Shown: positions 36,616 through 47,350 of the stretch, piece after piece | Position numbering within the stretch: position 1 is the first letter of the stretch | Layout of the letters: the number at the start of each line of letters is the position of its first letter | NCBI GenBank assembly: GCA_038087875.1 | Contig: CM075998.1 | Coordinates: forward strand, 7,132,001 to 7,196,000 | Length of the DNA stretch: 64,000 nt | Reading direction: 5' to 3' | Source of the DNA: Malacoraja senta | Lineage: Eukaryota | The notes under the pieces: generated by a model | Database searches by the model: none | The model's input: the letters and a program-made list of their open reading frames with translations, nothing else | What the model was told of the DNA's origin: nothing | Program-made: the position numbers and the translations under genes

Positions 36616-37264
36616 CTAGGTGGAGGTGAGCGGGGGGGCTGAGGGAGGGGGGGGCGAGCAGGCGCTGAGAGGGGGGTGAGGAAGCAAGTGGGTGAAGGGG
36701 GGCCGCACCGACCTGTGGCGTTGAGCCTCTGGGCACCGCGTCGAAGCGCCCGCCCACACGTCCGCCAACCAGCCGCCCTGCACCGTACCCCTGCCCTGCG
36801 CAGTAACGTCTGGCACACACACGCCACGCACAACCGGCGCCCTGGCGTCATCCCCAATCCGAGGGGGAGTGCCAGCACCGCCCCGCCTTTGATTGCCGCT
36901 GAGTCACGTGGAGGGCGCATGGGAAGAAGGTCACAGAGAGCTGGAGTAAGTCAGCGGGTCAGGCAGCATCTGTGGGGAACGTGGATGGTGACGTTTCACA
37001 GAAACATAGACAACAGGTGCAGGAGTAGGCATTCGGCCCTTCACTGTGATCATGGCTGATCATCCCCAATCAGTACCCCGTTCCTGCCTTCTCCCCATAT
37101 CCACTGACTCCGCTATCTTTAAGAGCCCTATCTAGTTCTCTCTTGAAAGTATCCAGAGATACAGGGTGCCGGCAGTCCCCCTCGGATTGGGGATGACGTC
37201 AGGGCGCCGGTCGTGCGTGGCGTGTGGGTGCCAGACGTTACTGCGCAGGGCGGGGGATACTTTC

Positions 37265-37610
37265 AAGAGAATCCATACACTATTGTTCTTTAAATGCCAG
37301 ACATTGCCTGATACAATTTAAAGTATTGCATAGGTTATACTACTCAAAGACCAAATTGAACAAGATCTTCCCACTGTCTCTCCTCTCTGTGATCAATGTC
37401 ACTTTCAAGAAGCCACCCTAACTCATTCTTTTGTAGCCTGTATAAAAATACAAAACTTCTGGACGGGAATATTCAATATCATTTCTAAAACACTTAAAAT
37501 TCAATTGGAGTCAGATTCAAAATTAATAATATTAGGAATGTCAGAGGGCTGCCCTAATTTAACGATATCTCAAAGACGCTTCCTTGACTATGGTTTAATA
37601 ACAGCGAAGG
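37265..37610 (+). mobile_element. L1-clade LINE ORF2 C-terminal fragment
   Basis: CSLNARHCLIQFKVLHRLYYSKTKLNKIFP is homologous to the ORF at 57358-59112. Confidence 0.8.
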
Positions 37611-37854
37611 GTGGCGGGCATGTTGGAGGAGGTGTGGGGAGGAAGATACAATCACAATCTTTAAAAGGTGTTTGGACAGGTTCATAAGTCACTGCAGCAG
37701 AATTCCAATGAGTGGGGGTTATCAGCGATGTCAGCCTCGCCAGTGGTCTGTCTGTCTGTCTTTTCGTCTTTTTAGTTATTTTCAGTATGTTTAAAAAAAA
37801 TTGTGTTAATGTTCTCCGGTTTGTTTTATATTGGGGGAGAGAGAGAGAGCAAAG

Positions 37855-38245
37855 CTGGAAAGGGCCAGAGATTTACGGACATAATGAGCTGAAGGGTCTG
37901 TTTTGTGGACGGCTGAAGGGGCGGTATGGACGTTCTGGGCTGAAGGGTCTTTATGCGGTGGGTTGTGGGGCTAGTATGACCATTGCAGGCCGAAGGGACT
38001 TTTCTTGGGCAAGTACGGGCATTGCGGGCCAAAGGGACTATTTTAGGAATGGTTGTGGGGGCTAGGATGGGTGTTGGGGGCAGAATGGACTGTTCCCGCC
38101 CAGTTGAAGGGTTAGTATGGCCATTGCGGGCTGAAGGGACTCTTCTTGGGATGGTACGGGTGTTGTGGGCTGAAGGGACTTTTCCTGGGCTAGTACTGGT
38201 GTTGTGGGCCGAAGGGACTGGTTTCTGGGGGGCTAGTACTGACAT
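37855..38245 (+). repeat. Degenerate tandem repeat (GGGCCGAAGGGACT..GGGCTAGTA, ~40-bp units)
   Basis: Directly visible units. Confidence 0.7.
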
Positions 38246-40017
38246 TGTTGAAAGACAGGACTGCTATTGAGCCATGGGGCTGCATATATTGCAATTTAGC
38301 ATTTACCTCTGACTGGCTATGTGGAATTACATTTCCCCATGGCAAAAATGGTTTCTTTGCATTCTCTGCATCAGTTTAAGTATTCATTCCACGTGCTGAA
38401 GTTAATAAGTCAGCTAATTTTGGTAGGTCGGGAATGTTGTAGACCCAGCATTTCACGTGACTTTTGAGTTTGCCAATGTGTTTTCTGGATTTAGTTGTAA
38501 ACTGTCACCAGAATGATAGACTGCAGATATGCATGGAAGCGAGAATAATTTCTTATCATTTCTGGAGATGGTTAGCATTTTCTTTCATTATTGATAGCAC
38601 AACATTCCCAAGAACACTTGCTTTATTTGTTACGTAAGGCACAAATGCGTTGAGGCTTTATTTAAAAAAAACACTTTTAAAATGTCTTTAGGTTTTTGGG
38701 CCAGTTGCAGCCAGCTGGTACCGTGAGCAGTCAGCTGTGTGCAGCTTGGCTCACTTTTGCATTTTCACTTGGGTACAGTATGAATGAGAAGATGCTGGTA
38801 CTGTTGATTGTCTGCTCCTCGACAGGGCCAAGGAAGACATATTAAGAACACTTCTCCATCTGTTTCCCACCACGGATGGCTGACCTGCTGAGTTATACCG
38901 GCACTTTGGAGGGGAATGGACAGGCGACGTGTCGTGTCTGGACTCTGCTCTTCCTCCAGCTTGCGTGTCACCTCACTCTGGCAATGCAGGAGGCCCAGGA
39001 CAGAAAGATCAGTGTGGGAGTGGGAAGGGAGTTAAAATGGTTGGCAACCGGGAGATTCAGTAGGCCTTGGCGGACCGAGTGCCAGTGTAGGGTGAAATGC
39101 ACACTGAGTCTAGAGACAAGGAGAGAGAGTGCGTGTGTGAGAGTGTGCATGTGTGAGAGAGTGCAAGAGAGAGAGGGAGCGTGTGTGTATGTGAGAGAGC
39201 GAGAGGGAGTGTGTGTGAGAGAGAGCGAGAGAGGGAATGTGTGTGACAGAGAGGGAGAGGGAGTGTGAGAGAGCAAGAGAGAGAGAGGGTGTGTGCACGC
39301 ACGAGAGAGGAGCGTGTGTGTGTGAGAGAGCAAGAGAGAGAGAGAGGAGTGTTTGTGACAGAGATGGGGAGTGTGTCTAAGAGAGAGAGAGGAGTATGTG
39401 TGTGTGCGCGTGATAGAGAGGCGTATGTGTGTGCGCGTGAGAGAGAGGTGGTGTGGAAGAGGGATGGAAGAGACGTGGAGAGGGGGTAAGCTATTTATTT
39501 CTGCGTGGGAGAGGCACCAGAGAGAAGGGGAGTGTGAGAGACAGGGAGCGAGAGAGGGAGTGTGAGAGAGACAGGGAACGAGAGTGGAGGAAGAGGGGAG
39601 AGGGTGGGGAGGGGGGATAGTGTGGGGAGGGGGGAGAGTGTGGGGAGGGGCAGGGAGGGGGGAGAGAGGGGGCGAGAGAGGAGAGAGGGGCGAGAGGGGG
39701 GAGGGGGGAGGGGGGGGGAGAGTGTGGGGAGGGGGAGGAGTGTGGAGGGAGAGAGTTTGGGGAGGGGGAGAGAGAGGAATGTATATGTGCAGCTTGAAGG
39801 GACATTGGTCAGATAGCATTTGGCAGGGCGAGTTGGGAGTGAGAAATTGCGAGAGACCATGCCTGAGGGAGCGTAGCGACCGAGGGGGGGGAGGGGGGAT
39901 GTCCGCATTCCCATTGGTACGGAGCTGTTGCATTTTTCAGCTTGAAATTGTGTAATCTGCAGCATACTGTAGCAAGTCTTTAAAATTACACTTGAATGCA
40001 GTATTTATGCTTTAAAT

Positions 40018-41890
40018 TGGATTAGCTATGAATAAGGTTTGGCTGAATTACATTCCTAGTTACATCCCACAGTAGAGCCAGGCTCTGATCAACAGGTGCA
40101 GCACATGAATGATCTTAGAGTATTCATGTATGGAAATCAGATTATAATCAAGCACTTGGCCCATGTTGACCAACCTGGGTCTCATTGCACACCTGGTCCT
40201 ACTCCTGACCCTGACTCCAGTTGCATATCTTCTCTCATTCCTGACCCTGAGTCCAGCCTTATACCTGGCCCCCTATTCTACCCTGATCATAGCTGCTTAG
40301 GTTCCCAGTGCTGAACACTCCCATTGTCCCAGCTTTGACTGCACACCTAGTACTATTCCAGACCTTGACTCTGGATGAACACTTGGCCTTGCTCCTAGCC
40401 CCTCTACACTGACAATATATCTGGCCCAACATAAAGCCCCATATCTGACCCCCTGGACTTGACCTATTACATTCAAGTTCACAGGTGCTTATCTAATGCA
40501 GTAATCTTTTATGGGGCACTTCACAGACCAAATTTTGTATAACAAAATTTGCTACACCCATTGGCTTCCTTGTTATCTAACATGCTAGTTACTTTGTCAA
40601 AGAAGTCATCAATTGGTTGAACACAATTTCTCATTCATAAAATTATACTCACTCAGCTGTATAAGTATTCTGTTACCATTTCCTTCATTTTCCAAACAAA
40701 CTGTCCTGAAGTCATTTTCACCCCCAATATTTTCAGTATTTTGCTGTCTTCCTCTCAGCTGGGACTTTTCCAATAACTATATATTTAAGCAATATTATTC
40801 TTTTAAATGTGATCTTGAGAGTACATAATATTTTCTGTGGTATTCATAACACAACAATGATAAAAAGATCTTTGTTTTGATTGCACCTACCAACATGCAT
40901 ACATTATTATATTGCAGTTAATATGTACCGAGGGCAAATTTTTGTTCCATTGCTCCCCATTCCCAATTACTTTTACATTGAAGTGATTGATACCCAAGTG
41001 AAGTCTAAATGGCACCAGAAAAAGAAAACCTCCGGAATGGATGATATTCATTACATGGTTGGTTGGAGTCAGTATCAGCACAATTACTATATTAAACTTT
41101 GAATCTTCAGATGTCCTGGTTCAAACTAAAACTAAAGACAAATAATAACCTCCTCACACATTCCCCAGCAAGTATCTCTGTCATTTCTTCGTTCTTTCTT
41201 GTTGTCACATTTTCTACACTCTCACTTTTTCCTTCACTTTCTTCTTTCTTTCAATCTTATCCTTTCCTTTTACTAGTGTAAAAAACAAACAGAGTACATT
41301 AATTGTAAGAAGACATAAGTGACGAGTACTAATGTATGTGGTTGTAATGTAATGTACTTCTAATAAATAAAAAAATAAAAAAATATATATATATGCCCCT
41401 TCTTTGAACAAGCTCTTAAACATCACATCTGAATCAGTTTCCATCTGATTACATTCCTTGAGAATGTTCATCTACATGTTCAATTAATAAAACAATAAGA
41501 TTGGGGACATTTCTATTCAACCTGTCAAAGGAATTTGGGGGGGATTTAGAAATAGTCAGTGAGGTAAACAAACTTAATAGTTGAGTGGCAATTGCAATAG
41601 TGCTACCTTCCCACGATTTAACTGAAGGAAATAATGGGTTATCGGGACTGTATGTTGTGACAGACAGCCTGACACCTTGCATGTCATTTTAATATTACAC
41701 TTATCCCATCCCACTGGATATTCCAGATTAATAAATTAAGGTTTTGTCAACCAATTACAAATCAGGCTAATTACAAATCAATAACATTAGCCAACTCCGA
41801 AACACGAAACGCTGAGCATTGGGATCCAGACATCACGGACAACTGGCCTCAGTTCCCCACTCACATCTGGCAGTGTTCTCTGTCTGAACC
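40018..41890 (-). repeat. Segmental duplication copy B (empty for the LTR element and the 6853 insertion; has its own L1 3'-tail insertion at ~41187-41385)
   Basis: Reverse complement of 5630-7323 plus 12688-12803; the A-rich insert resembles the L1 3' end at 56960-57060. Confidence 0.9.
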
Positions 41891-42114
41891 AGGGGCCACG
41901 GAGCGTTTTTGAAAGTGGGGGGCTGAGCGTCGCTCATCACTGGCCTAGGGGGTACCCGGCGAGGGAGTGGAGCAACCGAGTGGGGGGAGGGTGTGGGAGA
42001 GGGGTGTCCCCCCTCCCACCGTAGGGACTTTTTGAAATTTGATGTATTAAAATCATGTTTTAGTGCATTGTAGAAGTATGATTTCAATGTTTTTTGTTTG
42101 AAGTATTTTCAAGA

Positions 42115-42765
42115 GGTAACTTTTTAATGGGTAGACAAGAGGTAACTTTTTCCACGCAAAGGGTGGTGGGTGTATGGAACAAGCTGCCAGGGGAGGTAGT
42201 TGAGGCTGGGACTATCCCAACATTTAAGAAACAGTTAGACTGATACATGGATAGGACAGGTTTGGAGGATATGGACCAAAAGCAGGTAGTGTAGCTGGGA
42301 CATGTTGGTGGGTGTGGACAAGTTGTGCTGAAGGGCCTGTTTTCACACTGTATGACTACATTATTCCTCCACCATGAATGCTTCAAATTCAAGTGGTCGA
42401 GTTTTATTGCCATAGACTCAAGCATGGAAACATAGAAAATAGGTGCAGGAATAGGTAATTCGGCCCTTCGAGCCAGCACTGCCATTCAATATGATCATGG
42501 CTGTTCATCTAAAATCAGTACCTCTTTCCTGTTTTTTCCCCATATCCCTTGATTTCACAAGCCCCAAGAACTAAATGTAATTCTCTCTTGAAAACATCCA
42601 GTGAATTGGCCTCCACTGCCTTCTGTGGCAGAGAATTCCACAGATTTACAACTCTCAGCGTGAAGAAAGTTTGTCCTCATCTCAGTCCTAACTGGCCTAC
42701 CCTTTATTTCTAAACTGTGAGCCCTGGTTCTGAACTCCCATAACATCGGGAATATTTTTCCTGCA
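42115..42765. mobile_element. Two CR1/HER1 3' fragments (+ 42115-42360; - 42425-42765)
   Basis: Same 3' ORF/UTR motifs as the other copies. Confidence 0.8.
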
Positions 42766-42865
42766 GTTACACTAAGTGAAAATCTAGCAGGCAAGCAGGA
42801 AGCTTTGTCCAACCACCCCCATTGAAGGCCACTATCTTCCACCGTACCCAGTGCTTGGTACTTAC

Positions 42866-43160
42866 TTCCAGCAGCCACTGGTTGTCCTCCAGGATGCGCC
42901 GAGCTGCAGCCTGATCCATGTTGGTCAACTGGGCGAATTCGGTACAGAGACTCTCACAGCAGCGGCGCAACGCTTCCGACACCTTCGACGGCCTTGAGGC
43001 TTGCACTGAGGCTGCTCCATGGCTGGAGTGCAAGCCTCCGACGGCCCTGAGGCTTGCATTGAGGCTGCTCCATTGACGGAGTTGCAGCGAGCGACTCGCC
43101 AACCCAGCAAAACACTCACCAGCCCGGCTCCCCGTCTGCATCTGTCCCCGCCGCTGCATC
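42866..43160 (-). pseudogene. TDP2: TDP2-like first coding exon (UBA-like domain); no downstream exons found
   Basis: CESLCTEFAQLTNMDQAAARRILEDNQWLLE|gtaagt resembles the recalled TDP2 N-terminus (LCVEFASVASCDAAVAQCFLAENDWEME) with a donor at the equivalent position; start codon uncertain. Confidence 0.6.
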
Positions 43161-43489
43161 TGCTTCCATCCCTCCCTCAGCCCCGGCTCTTCAACACCCG
43201 CGGCCCATGCACTTGATATGAGTTTTGACATTTTCGTTGATCCCGGAATTTCTCACGATAGAGCGTGAGAAATTTGTGATCAGCGTGAGAATTTGGCCCT
43301 ATGCGTGATTCTCACGCTCTATGCGTGAGAGTTGGCAGCCCTGCATTTGGAGAATTGTATAGAGTTCTGGTCACTCCATTACAGGACTGATGTGGAGGCT
43401 TTGGGGAAGGTGCAGAGGTGGTTAACCAGAATGGTTTAAAAACAAGGAAGCAGGACAGGCAGCATCTCTGGAGAGATGCAGTGGGTGTG

Positions 43490-43810
43490 CCGTGGCCTCC
43501 CGCCACCAGGGGGCAATACAGTGGGAGGACCGCACTCACTGACCCCCCCCCCCCTCTGGTCGCCGGCCGCAGGATCGCCCTCAGGTAGGGAGGAGGGGGT
43601 AGGGTAAGGACGCGGGGCTGAGCGGCGGCGTCTCTTCCCACCTGACTTCCCGGCGCTTGATGACTGAATGGCGGCCTGTGGTCTTGTCCCGTCGTGGTCC
43701 ATTCGCCCCGCCTCACGTGACGCACGTCCGACGTCAGGGCGCTGGTCGGACGTGCGTACGGTTGACGTCACGACGAAGGGCCCACGAGATTCCCGGATGC
43801 TGAGCGCCCT
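43490..43810 (-). promoter_or_regulatory. CpG-rich promoter-like segment upstream of the TDP2-like exon
   Basis: High CpG; CRE TGACGTCA, E-box TCACGTGA, GC box and GGAAGT motif; possible donor GTCAG|gtggga at ~43642. Confidence 0.45.
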
Positions 43811-44486
43811 AATCACCCCCTCACCCCAAATCACCCCCTCCCCCACTCATCCACTTACCCCCCCTCACTCTCCTCAACCTGCCACCCCCTCACACACCCT
43901 TCACACCCCATCGCACCCGATCGCCCCCGATCGCCCCCGATCGCCGCCTCACCAGAAATCCGTGAGTCAGTGAGTGAGTCCAGAAGCCGTCCGTCCCGGA
44001 GGCGGAGATTCCCCGCTGTTCGGAGCCTGGCTGACGACGCTGACTGCTGCAACCTCCAGATCCTGGGGCAGTGAGGGGTGAGAGTGGGGGGATTGAGGGG
44101 GCCGGGCTCTGGCGGGGCACATCAACCCCGCCCACACACCCCTACCCCCCTCCCCTCGCACACCCTACCCCCCTCCCCCAGCGGCAGGCCAAGGCAGCGC
44201 GCCCCCCCACCGGCCCCTGACTGAAGCCATTCTCCTCCCGCGGCTACAGAACGCTCCCTCCGGCCTCCACTTGAAGCCTCCCCGTCCCCAGCTCCAGGAC
44301 TAGCCCAAGTAAAATCCACTCGGCCCACAATGTGCATACTAGCCCGCTGGAAACCAGTCACTTCGACCCACAGCACCCACACTAGCTCTGTAGAAAGCCC
44401 CCGCCTGAAGCCCTCCCCCTCCCGCGGCCTCAGGATGCTCCCCCACCGGCCCCGACAGCTCCCGCCTGAAGCCGTACCCCCTCACT

Positions 44487-45575
44487 GTGGATTGGAGAGT
44501 AGCTAATGTTATCCCACTTTTTAAGAAAGGCGGGAGAGAGAAAACAGAGAATTATAGACCAGTTAGCCTGACATCGGTGGTGGGGAAGATGCTGGAGTCA
44601 ATTATAAAAGATGAGATAGCCACACATTGGGATAGCAGTAACAGGATCGGTCCGAGTCAGCATGGATTTACGAAGGGGAAATCATGCTTGACTAATCTTG
44701 AATTTTTTGAGGATGTAACTAGGAAAATGGACAAGGGAGAGCCAGTGGATGTAGTGTACCTGGACTTTCAGAAAGCATTTGATAAGGTCCCACATAGGAG
44801 ATTAGTGGGCAAAATTAGGGCACATGGCATTGGGGGTAGAGTGCTGACATGGATAGAAAATTGGTTGACAGACAGGAAACAAAGAGTATGGATTAATGGG
44901 TCCCTTTCAGAATGGCAGGCAGTGACTAGTGGGGTACCGCAAGGCTCGGTGCTGGGACCTCAGCTATTTACAATATACATCAATGATTTAGATGAAGGGA
45001 TTCAAAGAAACATTAGCAAATTTGCAGCTGGCACAAAGCTGGGTGGCAGTGTGAACTGTGAGAAGAATGCTATGAGAATGCAGGGTGACTTGGACAGGTT
45101 GGGTGAGTGGGTAGATGCATGGCAGATGCAGTTTAATGTGGATAAATGTGAGGTTATACACTTTGGTAGCAAATACAGGAAGGCAGATTACTCTCTAAAT
45201 GGTGTCGTTGGGAAAAAGGGAAGTACAACGAGATCTGGGTGTCCTTGTTCATCAGTCACTGAAAGTAAGCATGCAGGTAGAGCAGGCAGTGAAGAAAGCG
45301 AATGGCATGTTGGCCTTTATAACAAGAGGAGTTGAGTATAGGAGCAAAGAGGTCCTTCTACAGTTGTACAGGGCCCTAGTGAGACCACACCTGGAGTATT
45401 GTGTGCAGTTTTGGTCCCCTAATTTGAGGAAGGACATTCTAGCTATTGAGGGAGTGCAACGTAGGTTTACAAGGTTAATTCCCGGGTTGGCGGGACTGTC
45501 AGATGCCGAGAGAATGGAGCGGCTGGGCTTGTACACTCTGGAGTTTAGATGGATGAGATGGGAACTTATTGAAAC
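44487..45575 (+). mobile_element. CR1-clade LINE ORF2 (RT) fragment, one frameshift
   Basis: NYRPVSLTSVVGKMLE, QHGFTKGKSCLTNL, YLDFQKAFDKVPH, GVPQGSVLGP; catalytic FADD reads FAAG. Confidence 0.93.
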
Positions 45576-45829
45576 ACAAATGGGTCTCCATTTTTCAGCA
45601 TCAATAGGAAGGGCCAAATGTCCGGTTTCCATGCTGTAATATTTCTGATAAACTGAACATTAAGCATTAAGCACAAAGTAGGAGGATTTTTGCAATGTTT
45701 TTGCTTGGTAGCCTCAGGTAAATGCTTCATTTTCAGAGATAAACCATGCAGTAGATTATATTTAAACAACATTGACATTTATTGGCAGGTAGACCCAGAC
45801 ATGGGCCTGTGCTTGAGTACAAGTTCACT

Positions 45830-47350
45830 AATGCAAGATATGTATGCTATTCGCTTCATCTGTAAAAATGAGCAAGCCATGAGGACTGATTCTATGTCTA
45901 AGAAGCTGCTAAGTAACAATGCTACTGATTTTTGGAAGGAAGTGAGAGTTGTTAACAACTGCAAAACATCTCTACCATGCACTGTAGATGGAATCTCCGG
46001 AACAGCTAATATTGCGGTTATGGCAACAACATTATAGTACTTTATTCAGTTGTGTCCAAGGTGACTTGTATAGGGTGGACAATATTGAGTAATGATTCAA
46101 TGGTAATTATGTCACATGAGGTGTATCAATCTATGAACAAGCTGTCCAACAACAAAGCAAGTGGCTTGGATCATATTTCTGCTGAATATCTTAACTATGC
46201 CAGTATGAGGATAGCTCCTCTCCTTGCTATTTGTTTTACTGGCTTTATGATTCATGGCTTATTACCAGACTAAATGTTGTCTGTTCTGTTAGTGCCGGTC
46301 ATTAAGGACAAAGCTGGTAAAGTAGGCAGCCTAAATAATTACAGGCCCATAGCTTTAGCCAGCATACTGTCAAAAGTCCTAGAAAGAATTCTCCTGGATA
46401 GATTAAATGAGTTTGTTAACTCCACAGATAACCAGTTTGGTTTTAAAGCTAAACATGGCACTGATTTGTGTATATATGCCCTAAAGGAGATTGTACACAA
46501 ATATAGCGGGTAAAAACTCATCAATTCTTATGTGCTTTATTGATGCTTCCAAAGCCTTTGATCGTGTTAATCATAGAAAGTTGTTTGTTAAATTGAGTCA
46601 AAGAGTCATAAATATATTGTGAGAATTCTGACATACAGGTATGCCCAGCAGACTATGCAGACAAGTAAAATGGGGCAATAGGGTCTCAGCCCCATTTGGG
46701 GTCAGACATCATGTCAGACAAGGGGGGATTTTGTCCCCAGTCCTTTTTAATCTTTATATTGATGATCTGTCCAAGCAATTGAAAGCCTGTAATACTGGGT
46801 GCATGATTGGTAATACATTAGTGAACCATATTATGTATGCAGATGATCTTGTGGTCTTTAGTCCATCTCGCACTGGTCTCCAGCAGCTCCTTATTAAATG
46901 TTTAAGAAAGAATTGCAGATGCTGGTAAAATCGAAGGTAGACAATAAATGCTGGAGAAACTCAGCGGGTGAGGCAGCATCTATGGAGGGAAGGAATATGC
47001 GACGTTTGGGTCGAGACCCTTCTTCAGCTGATATCCGGGGTGGGTGGGAAAAGGAAAGGAAGAGGCGGAGACAATAGGACTAGTGGCAAAACTGGGAAGG
47101 GGGAGTGGGAGGTGGGGGAGGAGGGAGAAGACAAGGGCTATCTAAAATTAGAGAAGTCAATGTTGATACCGCTGGGGTGTAAACTACCCAAGCAAAATAT
47201 GAGGACCTGTTCCTCCAATTTGCGCTGGGCCTCACTCTGGCAATGGAGGAGCTCCTTACTATATGTTCTGTGTATGGTGTGGAACATGATAACAATATAA
47301 TGCTGGTAAGAGTGTTGTTATGATCTGTGGAACCAAAGAGGATAATAAAT
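45830..47350 (+). mobile_element. Decayed non-LTR RT of another clade (possibly RTE-X), interrupted by a Penelope fragment
   Basis: NYRPIALASILSKVLE, NQFGFKAKHGT, DASKAFDRVNH, VRQGGILSP, YADDLV; clade uncertain. Confidence 0.8.
46894..47249 (-). mobile_element. Penelope-like 3' fragment with 9-bp TSD
   Basis: AGCTCCTTA at 46885-46893 and 47250-47258; matches 51285-51590. Confidence 0.85.

Noticed and set aside
38280..38830. Possible downstream exons for the TDP2-like fragment
   Set aside because: Splice-like signals are present but all frames have stops and there are no TDP2 motifs.
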